64,000 nt of DNA, taken from the IMG/VR virus record IMGVR_UViG_3300044842_000287, positions 6,514 to 70,513 of that record, one strand, 5' to 3'. The stretch is from a virus. Taxonomy: Duplodnaviria > Caudoviricetes. The notes beneath the pieces were generated by a model, which was not told the DNA's origin, did no database searches, and was given only the letters and a program-made list of their open reading frames with translations. Below are positions 1-8,990 of the stretch, piece after piece. Numbering within the stretch: the stretch's first letter is position 1; the number at the start of each line of letters is the position of its first letter. Position numbers and translations under genes: made by a program.

Positions 1-897
1 TTCGGGTTGCGGTTGGGGTTTGATGGTGTAATCGGTTTTGGTTTGCATCTCGGGTTCCTGATTGAGAGGGAGCTGCGGTTGCGCCGCAGGCAGCGGGACA
101 TTGGGTTCGTACGGCGGCAGACCTTCCGGCATCGGCACACCTTCGATGAGTTGATAGATGTGGCACTTCTTATCCGTGCGGTCCACGTTCAGCATGTTCA
201 GGTCAACCATCTTGCGCAGATGGTAGGTGATCGTGCCGGTCGGGATGTGGCTCAGCAGCGTGCACAGGTCGGTGTACTTGTACGGTTGATGGTCCGCCAT
301 GACTTTCCACAGCGCGACGCGGATCGGATCGTTCGGCTGCACCACATGCGAAATGGTGTCAGCTGCCGCTTCGACGGGATGGGGGCTGGTCGGATCTTCT
401 TGGTTATCCGGGTTGAATGCTTTGCACAACAGTTGCAGCGGGCTGTCTTGCGGTTGGGTGGTTTGGTTTTGCATGGTCATCTCCGAAATGTTAAAGGTAC
501 GACGTTTACGAAAGGTTACCGGCACACTGTCATGCGACGGCCTGAGGATGATCTCGCTTTCTTTAACCGTGTCCACGGTCTTGGCTTCACCACCCATGAA
601 GTCTGGACGCTTAGCGCCTTTCTTCAGTTCGTACAACACCTTACCTTTGCCACCGCCAGCTTGCACGAACATATTGCGTTTATGAAGCATCACCACCATA
701 CGGCGGTTGATGTCACTGCGCATGTAGCCGAGCACCGTCAGCGTGCTGACGACTTCGTTGACCGAACGTTTCCGTTGATCGGCCATCAGATCGTAAATCG
801 CCAGATCGATGTAAAGCGGCAGCATCGCGGCTTCGCCTTTCATCTTGACCTTGGAGAAGTCGGATTTAAGCGAAAAAGTCTCTTGAGTTTCTTTCAT
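1..897 (-). CDS. Tandem winged-helix DNA-binding protein (partial; runs off window start, so absent from the ORF track)
   Basis: Manual translation from ATG 897 (SD AAGGATAG) is open to base 1. Two wHTH-like segments (LAIYDLMAD...VLYEL; IRVALWKVMAD...TITYHLRKMVDLNML...HIYQL), then a Pro/Gln-rich tail. Confidence 0.65.
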   Translation of the reverse strand, partial: MKETQETFSLKSDFSKVKMKGEAAMLPLYIDLAIYDLMADQRKRSVNEVVSTLTVLGYMRSDINRRMVVMLHKRNMFVQAGGGKGKVLYELKKGAKRPDFMGGEAKTVDTVKESEIILRPSHDSVPVTFRKRRTFNISEMTMQNQTTQPQDSPLQLLCKAFNPDNQEDPTSPHPVEAAADTISHVVQPNDPIRVALWKVMADHQPYKYTDLCTLLSHIPTGTITYHLRKMVDLNMLNVDRTDKKCHIYQLIEGVPMPEGLPPYEPNVPLPAAQPQLPLNQEPEMQTKTDYTIKPQPQPE

Positions 898-967
898 GTT
901 CTATCCTTATTGTTAGTTGTATAACCGGGTTGTCGTACCCAGCTAATGTGGATTGCGAGTATTTTTC

Positions 968-1252
968 TTACTCGCTAGGGTTGACGTAGTGAAACTCGAA
1001 CAGTTCGTTCCAAGCTTCACCACGATAATGCCACTTCGACGTTGTCCCAAACACGCCGGCAACAGCATGCAAGCTTTGTTGGGTACACGTGATTTCGTAA
1101 AACTTTTCCTCACGGGTGCCGCAGAAATGAATCACGTCCAGGTCCAGCCCCGTCATTTTGCGAATCTCGTTCAGCGTGTAAGTTTCGCCCCCGCGCGGCA
1201 TCGTGGGGTCAACCGGAAACAGCCTGTCGATAAGTTTGATCCACCAATTCAC
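968..1252 (-). CDS. Hypothetical protein
   Basis: 94 aa ORF; start overlaps the upstream stop by 4 nt. Confidence 0.6.
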   Translation of the reverse strand: MNWWIKLIDRLFPVDPTMPRGGETYTLNEIRKMTGLDLDVIHFCGTREEKFYEITCTQQSLHAVAGVFGTTSKWHYRGEAWNELFEFHYVNPSE

Positions 1253-1572
1253 AGCTTCTCCTTAGATTGTTTCTTGAAACGCTTGACGATCACATAAGCC
1301 CGCAGGCCACTCGGGTGAGCGCAGTAAAACGCACCGGAAATGTTGGCGTCATAAGCCAGCTTCTCGTTCTTAATGAAACTCAAACGGTCTACCATCTTGC
1401 ATTTACGCATCGCTACAGCAGTACCACCCAACGCTTTACGCGTCATGTTTTTGCCTTGATAGGCTGTGAAGTAGACGGTGTGTTTGTAGTCACGCGTCCT
1501 ATAGGCTTGCTCTTGGCTGGCCCAGGCCCACTGACTCAGTAGCATCAGGGTGAAGAAGATAAATTTACGCAT
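1249..1572 (-). CDS. Hypothetical secreted/periplasmic protein
   Basis: Signal-peptide-like N-terminus MRKFIFFTLMLLSQWAWA-SQ; SD AAGGAG. Confidence 0.65.
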   Translation of the reverse strand: MRKFIFFTLMLLSQWAWASQEQAYRTRDYKHTVYFTAYQGKNMTRKALGGTAVAMRKCKMVDRLSFIKNEKLAYDANISGAFYCAHPSGLRAYVIVKRFKKQSKEKL

Positions 1573-1663
1573 TGCTGTTCTCCTTACAGAAAAATGTTGT
1601 TGGTTATGGGAGTCACTCTGGTAAGGGCAAGCACCCTTACCAAAATGTCCTCACGCCAGCGCA

Positions 1664-2020
1664 TTACGAGATACGCTGGTATTCACGCACCATCCATTCT
1701 TGCGGCTGGAGACCTTCACGGGTCAGGGCGTTGTATTGATCAACAATACCGCGGAATTGGTCGTAACGCGAGATAGCCGTCGACAGGACGCTGATGCTGA
1801 TCCAGGCAACGAAACCCAGACCGCTGTAGAGCAGGCCATCGTGGGCGATCTGGTGGTACTGAGGCTGGATGCGGTCGGCCAGAAACAGCAGTTCGAAGCT
1901 GATCCAGGTCGGGAAGAAAGCATATGCCCATTCCGGACCTTGACCTAGCCAGAGTTGGCGCAGCATAAAAGCCGGGGTTTCACGAACAGCGTCAGCTAAA
2001 GCGATGAAGATCTTTTTCAT
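1664..2020 (-). CDS. Hypothetical membrane protein
   Basis: Two hydrophobic segments; SD AGGAG. Confidence 0.6.
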   Translation of the reverse strand: MKKIFIALADAVRETPAFMLRQLWLGQGPEWAYAFFPTWISFELLFLADRIQPQYHQIAHDGLLYSGLGFVAWISISVLSTAISRYDQFRGIVDQYNALTREGLQPQEWMVREYQRIS

Positions 2021-2089
2021 GATAAGCTCCTAAGTAAAATGGAATGACGGCATACAACCCACCCCACCGAAGTGGGGCGGGGGAACTAC

Positions 2090-2347
2090 TTAATCGGATT
2101 GGGCGATACGGGCTTTGAACTTGGCGTCGAAGGATTTACCGAACGCCACATCGTAAGCTGCGCGGAATTCGCGAAGTTCACGGAAGATGGACCTGAACCA
2201 GTTCTGCGGGAACATGTGGTACAATATCAGTACCAGCATGCAAAGCAGCATCACCAGCGAAACGATCTCTCGGATCAAAATGCCAAACACGAAGTACCCC
2301 AAGATGAGGTAGTGTTTCGATAGCGATTGGGTTTGTGGTTGTTTCAT
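2090..2347 (-). CDS. Hypothetical membrane protein
   Basis: Long hydrophobic stretch YLILGYFVFGILIREIVSLVMLLCMLVLILY; SD AGGAG; followed by a hairpin. Confidence 0.6.
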   Translation of the reverse strand: MKQPQTQSLSKHYLILGYFVFGILIREIVSLVMLLCMLVLILYHMFPQNWFRSIFRELREFRAAYDVAFGKSFDAKFKARIAQSD

Positions 2348-2360
2348 CTTGGTCTCCTAA

Positions 2361-2732
2361 TTACAGATACGAATCTGGGATGTCGAGGATGTGGTTCAGC
2401 ATCTTGACATCTTTGATGACGCCAGAGGTTTTAAAACCAGCACGCGCGATTGACGCCAGTGCGGCGAACGGCGGCTCACAGTAGTAAACGATCTCGCCGC
2501 GGCAATTGTTGAACATGACAAAAGCGCCGTCCAGTGTGTTGATGGCCAAGAAGTCAAGACCATTGTTCACGTTACCAGCCAAGACTTGGTCGCGCTTGAG
2601 CGCCTTGACTTCCGGGTGATTGTTCATCTCGAAAATGCGCTGCGGCATGAAGTCCTTCAGCGGGATGGTTTTCTTGACATCACGATGACGGGCGGTAAAA
2701 GCGGCGACAACCGGGTTGACGGTGGTGTTCAT
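2361..2732 (-). CDS. Hypothetical protein
   Basis: Start reassigned to ATG 2732, after SD AAAGGA and the ATAACTAACAA leader. Confidence 0.6.
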   Translation of the reverse strand: MNTTVNPVVAAFTARHRDVKKTIPLKDFMPQRIFEMNNHPEVKALKRDQVLAGNVNNGLDFLAINTLDGAFVMFNNCRGEIVYYCEPPFAALASIARAGFKTSGVIKDVKMLNHILDIPDSYL

Positions 2733-2819
2733 GGTGAATCCTTTCATGTTGTTAGTTATGGGTGATACAAGAGTGCATCCACTAACCTACTCATGGGGAG
2801 CGAGGTTAGGAGATTACTC

Positions 2820-3197
2820 TTAGCTGAACAGCAACTTCAGCTGGGTGGCGTTGGGCCACACGGGCAGGCCATAGTTAGCCAACCGCACGGCTTTACGAGC
2901 GATGCAGATGAAGCCGATGCTATCTCCCAGCAAACCGGAGAAGCCTTCGACCACGGCGATCGCTCCGTTGATCGTTTTGACCACCAGCATGGACTGGGGT
3001 TGCTTAAGCGGCAATATGCAATGGTAGACTTTACCCACTTCCAGCTCGTAGGCAAAGTTCAGCCACATGTGGAACACCGTACTGAAACTTTCATCGCTGT
3101 TGATCCACGCGATGTTAAATTCCAGCGGCAGTGCCGTGGCCTTGGCAGCAGCGATGATCTCTTGCTGCTTTTTGACGTCTTCTTCAAACTTATTCAC
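2820..3197 (-). CDS. Hypothetical protein
   Basis: 125 aa ORF in a tightly packed minus-strand run; SD AAGGAG. Confidence 0.55.
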   Translation of the reverse strand: MNKFEEDVKKQQEIIAAAKATALPLEFNIAWINSDESFSTVFHMWLNFAYELEVGKVYHCILPLKQPQSMLVVKTINGAIAVVEGFSGLLGDSIGFICIARKAVRLANYGLPVWPNATQLKLLFS

Positions 3198-3209
3198 GGT
3201 AACTCCTTT

Positions 3210-3551
3210 CTACTGTTGTGGAAAATAGGAAGCCTTGAAGCAGACGTAATACGGATCGTCCGCCCAGTCTCGGTTGTTGGGTTCGATCACCACCAGTTCC
3301 GTGATCGGGGTGTCGCCGACATACATGAACAGTGGACACAGTTCGTGCGTGGTGTACTGGTACCGCCACTTGGTTTGCGCCAGTCCATCAACTGCCAGCA
3401 GTTCATCATCGGGCAGCGGGCCGTCTTGAATGACACAGATCGCACCCTCATGCTGAAAACGCAAGAAGGGCGAATCGTCAAGGTCTAGCTGCTTGAGGAT
3501 CTGTTCCAGCGTGTAGACCTGTCCACCGATCGGCTGTTCGCGTTTACTCAT
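3210..3551 (-). CDS. Hypothetical protein
   Basis: 113 aa ORF; SD CAGGAG. Confidence 0.55.
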   Translation of the reverse strand: MSKREQPIGGQVYTLEQILKQLDLDDSPFLRFQHEGAICVIQDGPLPDDELLAVDGLAQTKWRYQYTTHELCPLFMYVGDTPITELVVIEPNNRDWADDPYYVCFKASYFPQQ

Positions 3552-3568
3552 GTCGTTCTCCTGGTTAA

Positions 3569-3874
3569 TTAAAGTTCAGTCCTGGCTGCCACCGCTTGCA
3601 TGGCTTTCCAGTATTCCATCGCTTGTTCAAATTCGGTCACCTTATCCCCGAACTGCAAGCTGATGAGTTGCGAGGCCATGTGGTAATCACAGGCTTCTTG
3701 CAACGCCGCTTCCGTGATCGGATGATTCTCACCGTACAGCTTCTGCGTATCGATCAACCGCAGCACCGCTTTACGCGCTTCGCCGACTGCATACTCGTTA
3801 ATCGAGCCGAAGATGTCAGCGATGAGTTCTGCACGATCTACTTCCGCCAGCGCATCTTGAATCAGAATGTACAT
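3569..3874 (-). CDS. Hypothetical helical protein
   Basis: 101 aa ORF; SD AAGGGA plus leader motif. Confidence 0.6.
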   Translation of the reverse strand: MYILIQDALAEVDRAELIADIFGSINEYAVGEARKAVLRLIDTQKLYGENHPITEAALQEACDYHMASQLISLQFGDKVTEFEQAMEYWKAMQAVAARTEL

Positions 3875-3943
3875 ATTTCCCTTTCGTTATTGTTGGTTAT
3901 GAGTTGCATCCGTAAAGGCGCTAACCCTTACGGATGAATCCTC

Positions 3944-4270
3944 TTACGACTGGTTAGCCACTTCGTCCCAGTTACCGTCGAACCGCTGGAGCATCGACAA
4001 GATGCGGGCCATGTCCGCAGCATCGCCGCGGTAGGCGTGGTCATTGTCCACGGACAGCAGTTCATATGGCTTACCGCCCGTACCCCACTCTTCACCGTTA
4101 TCGAGGAATTGCGGAACGACCGTGCCGATCCACTGGTTATCGCGCATCACCTTCAACCGGCCATTGATGTGGGGTTGCAGGATGATCGTCGGTTTCCACC
4201 CCAGGAAACGCAGCATCGGCATGATGGCGTCTTTGTGGGGATGGTTTTCCGGCATGTTAAATTGAAACAT
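3944..4270 (-). CDS. Hypothetical protein
   Basis: 108 aa ORF; SD CAGGA; followed by a hairpin at about 3907-3936. Confidence 0.55.
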   Translation of the reverse strand: MFQFNMPENHPHKDAIMPMLRFLGWKPTIILQPHINGRLKVMRDNQWIGTVVPQFLDNGEEWGTGGKPYELLSVDNDHAYRGDAADMARILSMLQRFDGNWDEVANQS

Positions 4271-4282
4271 TTTGTTTTCCTG

Positions 4283-4624
4283 TTAATTAGTGAGGTCGAT
4301 AAGCTGTTTGACCAGCTCTTCCAGTTTGGCTACGCGTTCTTCGAGCGCGATTTCTTTTTCGGTGTTAACGTCTCGTGCGATGATTTTGTAACGCGGAACT
4401 CCGTTTGAGGCTATCGACTGCACGACCCCATCTTGCGCCAATTGACCCAACATTGTCCGCAGTATCAATTCTTTTGAGAAATGTTCGAGGCCGGCGTCTT
4501 TTCGGTAACAGTCGTAGACTTTTAAGGGGATACGAATATCGATATCGTAGAAACTGATTCCCGCCTCACCGCTATCCAATACAGCAGCGATAATAAGGTT
4601 TTTCAAAGCATCTTCATGTTTCAT
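4283..4624 (-). CDS. Winged-helix-like protein with C-terminal coiled coil
   Basis: wHTH-like pattern LIIAAVLDSGEAGISFYDI...LRTMLGQLAQDGVVQSIASNGVPRYKI; heptad tail LEERVAKLEELVKQL. Confidence 0.5.
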   Translation of the reverse strand: MKHEDALKNLIIAAVLDSGEAGISFYDIDIRIPLKVYDCYRKDAGLEHFSKELILRTMLGQLAQDGVVQSIASNGVPRYKIIARDVNTEKEIALEERVAKLEELVKQLIDLTN

Positions 4625-4645
4625 GTTAATTTCCTTGTCTAGTTA

Positions 4646-4906
4646 TTAACGAGTGATAAAAAGATGACCAACGCCCGAATAAGTACCGTCGCCGATGGTA
4701 AATCTAAATCTCACATCGCAGTTGCAAGACTTTCCATTGTGGCCGTGACGAATCGTCCAACCATCCGGACTGCGCAGGCAATTGGTTTGTTGGCGATTCA
4801 CCGTCACCCAATTCCAGTTCTGATACTTCTCTACTTGAGCCTGGCGCTCGTTACTCGCCTGAATGGCGTTGAAGTTAGCAAAAATGCTTGCAAATCGATC
4901 GCTCAT
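4646..4906 (-). CDS. Hypothetical protein (86 aa)
   Basis: Start reassigned to ATG 4906 (MSDRFASI), preceded by SD AAGGGAG and the leader motif. The longer track ORF extends into a non-coding gap. Confidence 0.55.
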   Translation of the reverse strand: MSDRFASIFANFNAIQASNERQAQVEKYQNWNWVTVNRQQTNCLRSPDGWTIRHGHNGKSCNCDVRFRFTIGDGTYSGVGHLFITR

Positions 4907-5331
4907 AATAAACTCCCTTTTATTGTTGGTTATAGGAACATTTCGTTTCCAATTCATGCTAAGTATATAGACTTGAAATTTTCTAGCGCCACATTCTTTT
5001 GTCGTCATAATCGCCAGCCCTTTAGGCTGGCTTATCTCTTTGTTAACTCTTCTATATAAGGCTCGCCTGCTGGCTCGCCCCCAAACCCCCAAATGATCGT
5101 TGATAGGGAGAGACACATACCCATCATGCACCCGGGAGGGTAGGGTAGGGGTGAGGTGGGGCTCTGAAATGTCCCCACAACGCAGGCAACCAAATAAGTG
5201 AGGTTGCCATCGTCGAACCTGCAAACGCTAAGTTTGCACAGTATGCTAAACGCGTCGTAAAAAACTAACTGAAGCATAAACAGAAGACAACATACCCCCT
5301 CCTAGCCTGTTAAGGGCTAGGAGGGCAGTAT

Positions 5332-6036
5332 TCACGTTGTTTCTTTATTTTGCGGCAACACGTCCGGATACGTCTCAACCAGATACGGGTTGGGCAGACT
5401 CAGGAACGGCTTCATCTGTTCGATGATGGATTGCTGTTCCGGTGTCGGGTTCTTGACCTTGGAGTTAAAACCATCCAAGAAACCCGCAGGCAGATCGGGA
5501 ATCGGATAATCCAACGACGGCACTTCGATATCGATCTTGCACCACTTCAGGTACTTGGTCGAATACATCGATTGACCCGGCTCGACAAACATGTCAACTT
5601 CCCAGGTCATGTCGGTATGCGGTACAGGGAAACGATAGCGGTGCTTGATCATCCCCGATTCGGCCATGACGCGGATCGCCACCAACGCGTCTTCGCTGGC
5701 TTCGATCGGCACTTCGAGCGAGGTGCCATCCGAACGCTTGAGCTTGGTGGTCTGGACGATTTGCTCGGTGACGTTGAGCGTATCGAAGTGGCCGTTGTGA
5801 ATCGGTTTGTGGATGACCTTGCGGACGCGAATAGAGCCGCATCCTGCGTTTTGTTCAGTCTTGTCCTGCCACACCCCCCACTGCTCTTGAATTTCGCAAC
5901 ACATCGCGTTTAAGAGCGTTTCCGGCGATTCTACACGAGCATAGAACATGTGCTCGATTTCCGCCTTCATGATGCCAGTGACATCTTCCGCTTCGGTAGC
6001 GAGCTGGTTAAATGCTTTAGAACGAAAAGAGCGCAT
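5332..6036 (-). CDS. CYTH-like (triphosphate tunnel metalloenzyme) domain protein
   Basis: ExE motif (AEIEHMF), IRVRK, TTK, WEVDMF and IDIEV match the CYTH strand pattern. Confidence 0.65.
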   Translation of the reverse strand: MRSFRSKAFNQLATEAEDVTGIMKAEIEHMFYARVESPETLLNAMCCEIQEQWGVWQDKTEQNAGCGSIRVRKVIHKPIHNGHFDTLNVTEQIVQTTKLKRSDGTSLEVPIEASEDALVAIRVMAESGMIKHRYRFPVPHTDMTWEVDMFVEPGQSMYSTKYLKWCKIDIEVPSLDYPIPDLPAGFLDGFNSKVKNPTPEQQSIIEQMKPFLSLPNPYLVETYPDVLPQNKETT

Positions 6037-6041
6037 GATAA

Positions 6042-6587
6042 TTATTTCATCGTAAAGAGAACTTTGAGAACTTCCGTCGCTGTTCCCATGATGGCTTTGA
6101 AAACAGCGTTATCGGCAGTGTGTGTATGGGTGAGGATCGCCACCATGGCGCCGAGCACCACGAAAAAAGTGAACAGTGCAGCAATGGCCAAGCACTTGAT
6201 CAAGAAATAACGATGCCGACGTTTTTCTTTTTCTGTCTCGGTTTCATAATGGTCCAGGCCATCCCCACACCCTTCTCCTTCTTCCGCTTCCACTTGGCTT
6301 CGCTCACGCGTGGCGTTGCCTTTGTCGGATTGGGCGAAATGCGATAAATATCGATCGAGCAATCGATGCAGATCAATCGATGGCAGATGGGTCAGGTAGT
6401 GTTTGAACTCCTGCCCATAAGTTTCACCCGTCACCATTTTCAGGTGGTCGTCTTCAGCAGCCTGTGCTACGACCGCCAATGCATTGTAATTGCTCACCAG
6501 CTCGGCCACTGCCGGCGATTGGACAATTTGCTGCATGAGTTGTTTATCGTTCTCGATCTTGCGTAGCACATGGCCGATGACGCGCAT
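6042..6587 (-). CDS. Membrane protein with C-terminal TM helix (possible lysis accessory)
   Basis: KRRHR followed by a 24-aa hydrophobic helix; lies directly downstream of the spanins. Confidence 0.5.
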   Translation of the reverse strand: MRVIGHVLRKIENDKQLMQQIVQSPAVAELVSNYNALAVVAQAAEDDHLKMVTGETYGQEFKHYLTHLPSIDLHRLLDRYLSHFAQSDKGNATRERSQVEAEEGEGCGDGLDHYETETEKEKRRHRYFLIKCLAIAALFTFFVVLGAMVAILTHTHTADNAVFKAIMGTATEVLKVLFTMK

Positions 6588-6593
6588 GATGGT

Positions 6594-7028
6594 TTACTCC
6601 TTCTGCGGTGTACTGAGTTGTTGCTGCGCGGTGGTTTTCCATTCCCGCAGCGCTTTCCAGCGTTTGTTACAGGTGTCCAGGTTCTGGAATTGTTTCAACG
6701 CATGTTCGGTGAGCAGGCGTTCACGTTCTTGCAGCACCTTGATGGTGTTGGCGTATTGAGTCAGGTAGTAAGCGTCGTCTTTTTGCAGCGTTTGGTTTGG
6801 GTTGATCCCGCCCGCTGTTTTCACGTACGCCGCTTTGGCGGGTGGAGGTGCGACATCGCAATCGACCAGCAGATTGTCCGCGGGGGCGATCACCACGTTT
6901 TTGGTGATGACCACCGGATCAGGTTGGTGCGTAGCGCAGGCAGTCATTCCCATCGGCACAGCGCCGGCAACGAGGAAGAGTTGAATGAGGGCGATCACGA
7001 AACGACGGATCTTTTCAGCGAGAGTCAT
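6594..7028 (-). CDS. Outer-membrane spanin (o-spanin, Rz1-like lipoprotein)
   Basis: Start at 7028 gives MTLAEKIRRFVIALIQLFLVAGAVPMGMTA-C (lipobox Cys); Pro-rich segment; C-terminal Cys; follows the i-spanin. Confidence 0.75.
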   Translation of the reverse strand: MTLAEKIRRFVIALIQLFLVAGAVPMGMTACATHQPDPVVITKNVVIAPADNLLVDCDVAPPPAKAAYVKTAGGINPNQTLQKDDAYYLTQYANTIKVLQERERLLTEHALKQFQNLDTCNKRWKALREWKTTAQQQLSTPQKE

Positions 7029-7038
7029 GGTAGAGTCC

Positions 7039-7476
7039 TTAGGAAGCAGGGGTGCATTGGGTATCGTTGGGTTGGGCGGTGCAGTACGCTTCCCATAACC
7101 CATCAATACGCGCTGTTGATACTTCTTCAACCTCCGAGATAACATTGGCAGGGGTTGGGGGGAGGCCAGCGTATTGTTGTTCGATATGTCGTGTTTGTTC
7201 GGCCACCTTGTGTTGGATGGCTTCATGTTTTTGCGTGGTCTGTTTGACGTCACGCTGGACGGCGACCTGAGTTGCTTCTTCGATCTTGGCCACCGTCTTG
7301 GCGGTTTCGATCACGTGGTCTTGGGATTTGATCGTAACCTTTTGGTTATTGATCGTGACGGCGTCCTTGGCGACTTGGTGTTTCAGGTATTCGTAGCGTC
7401 CTGCCAGACAGAACCCTACGCCCAGCAACACCAGCCATAACCAGTATTTCCCAATCACTTTGGCAAAGAGTTCCAT
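7039..7476 (-). CDS. Inner-membrane spanin (i-spanin, Rz-like)
   Basis: N-terminal TM helix, long coiled coil, terminal LWEAYC...C; adjacent to a lipoprotein gene. Confidence 0.75.
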   Translation of the reverse strand: MELFAKVIGKYWLWLVLLGVGFCLAGRYEYLKHQVAKDAVTINNQKVTIKSQDHVIETAKTVAKIEEATQVAVQRDVKQTTQKHEAIQHKVAEQTRHIEQQYAGLPPTPANVISEVEEVSTARIDGLWEAYCTAQPNDTQCTPAS

Positions 7477-7485
7477 GGCAGTTCC

Positions 7486-8070
7486 TTAGCGTATTTGTTT
7501 TAAGCGGGTATAAGCAATGGCGAGGGAATCGACCGCGTGTTCGGTCAAACCCGTCAAAGGGGCATTGCCGGGTACCGCAAATTCTGGATTGTTCATCAAG
7601 GCTTCTAATACAGAAGACTTGTTGGTGCCCGCTTTCCGCGACCATCCCACGGCCCCCACCATCGTTTTAATGACCGAGGCTTCGATCAGTGTAAACGGCA
7701 TGTATGGGTCATATTCCAATACCGCAGCTTGGATGCTGTTGATGGATTTCAGCAGTGGTGAATAAGCGCCCGGGGTGCGGCGATTGAAGAAGGCGTCTTC
7801 ACACGCGATGATGCTAGGGCGAATGCAGCGAAACAAGCGCACTAGCTCATCTTTGTGGGCATCGGTACGGGCAAATGTATGCCCGTGGTTGGCCACCCGT
7901 AAATCACTGTCATCCATGAGTTTGGTGGCCACCAGCGTGTACGCTTCGTAAGAACGAATTTTTAAGGAGTACATATCCACATGCAGCGCCCCCAACCCCA
8001 GGTTGTGAGTCCCAGGGTCGGTGCCGCAGATGGTGAATGTATCCCTACTGTTCGCAGGGACATGGATCAT
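7486..8070 (-). CDS. ruvC: RuvC-like Holliday junction resolvase
   Basis: RNase H-fold catalytic motifs GTDPGT, IACEDAF, IKTMVGA..K and HAVDSLAIA. Confidence 0.85.
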   Translation of the reverse strand: MIHVPANSRDTFTICGTDPGTHNLGLGALHVDMYSLKIRSYEAYTLVATKLMDDSDLRVANHGHTFARTDAHKDELVRLFRCIRPSIIACEDAFFNRRTPGAYSPLLKSINSIQAAVLEYDPYMPFTLIEASVIKTMVGAVGWSRKAGTNKSSVLEALMNNPEFAVPGNAPLTGLTEHAVDSLAIAYTRLKQIR

Positions 8071-8085
8071 GATGAGTTACCTTGT

Positions 8086-8958
8086 TTAAGGGGCGACGGT
8101 ATTGCTGTTGCCACCGTTACCGATGTACAGCGGTTCGGACGCACCGATGTCGAGACTGAACTTGACACCGTCGGCGTTGAACTGGAGCGGCGCACCGATG
8201 TTGACGAAGTCGCTGACTTGCACCGCGATCGCCTCGACCATGTTGAACGACGCATTACCCGGATCGGTGATTTGCACGGTCAGGTCCAGCCCCGAGCACA
8301 GCGCCAGTTCCGAGATCACGGCTGCGTTCGGATCTTGGTAGATGATGCTGAACACGTTGAGCAGCTCGGTGGTGTCATAGGCGTCGAGCACCACATTGAG
8401 CGGCGCCGAAGCACTGACGTAACTGCCGTCAGCCGTGACCACACCAGCCGTCGAAACAGCAGGCGGCACAGGGTGCAGTACCGAGGAGTCCGGCACGAAC
8501 GGGACAGTGGTTTTCACACCATCTACCACCGTGGTTAAAAACATACCTGCGTTGAGCTGGGTCTTGTCCAGACGCTTCAGGTAGTACGCGATGTACGGGT
8601 TGCCGTTGCGGGTTTCGATCCGGCGCAGCGCGTAGTTCTTGCGCACGTCCGGTGCCAGATCATTGCCGAGTGCACGCAGCACGAGCGGGATCGGGCTGTA
8701 CGGTGCAGCGTTGGTGGCTTGGAACACCTTGGGGATCATGGCCAGGTTGCCATCGGCCAGCAGGCTGGCAGCCAGACCACCGTTACCCAGACTCATGTAA
8801 CCGATCGACGGATACACGCCCGCATCCGGCACCCGGTTGGCTTGGATGCTGAGCAGCTCATTGAGCGTGGTGTTCTTGGCCAACGTAAACGGGATACCCA
8901 GGTTGGCGCAGACTTGACGGTACAGGCCGTAGAGGGTCCGTGTTGATTTTTCAGCCAT
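8086..8958 (-). CDS. Putative virion structural protein (phiKZ-like core)
   Basis: Position between RuvC and the portal-adjacent gene; YFGIGNGG-like motif YMSLGNGG; inference from synteny. Confidence 0.55.
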   Translation of the reverse strand: MAEKSTRTLYGLYRQVCANLGIPFTLAKNTTLNELLSIQANRVPDAGVYPSIGYMSLGNGGLAASLLADGNLAMIPKVFQATNAAPYSPIPLVLRALGNDLAPDVRKNYALRRIETRNGNPYIAYYLKRLDKTQLNAGMFLTTVVDGVKTTVPFVPDSSVLHPVPPAVSTAGVVTADGSYVSASAPLNVVLDAYDTTELLNVFSIIYQDPNAAVISELALCSGLDLTVQITDPGNASFNMVEAIAVQVSDFVNIGAPLQFNADGVKFSLDIGASEPLYIGNGGNSNTVAP

Positions 8959-8990
8959 TTTTTATTTACTCCGTTCTTACAGTAATAAAA

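Noticed and set aside
7-924. 305-aa plus-strand ORF from the track
   Set aside because: The real gene is on minus (ATG 897 with SD and leader motif); it is missing from the track only because it has no stop inside the window.
4646-5224. 192-aa extended ORF spanning the intergenic gap
   Set aside because: The SD and leader motif mark ATG 4906; the upstream extension has no RBS and atypical composition.
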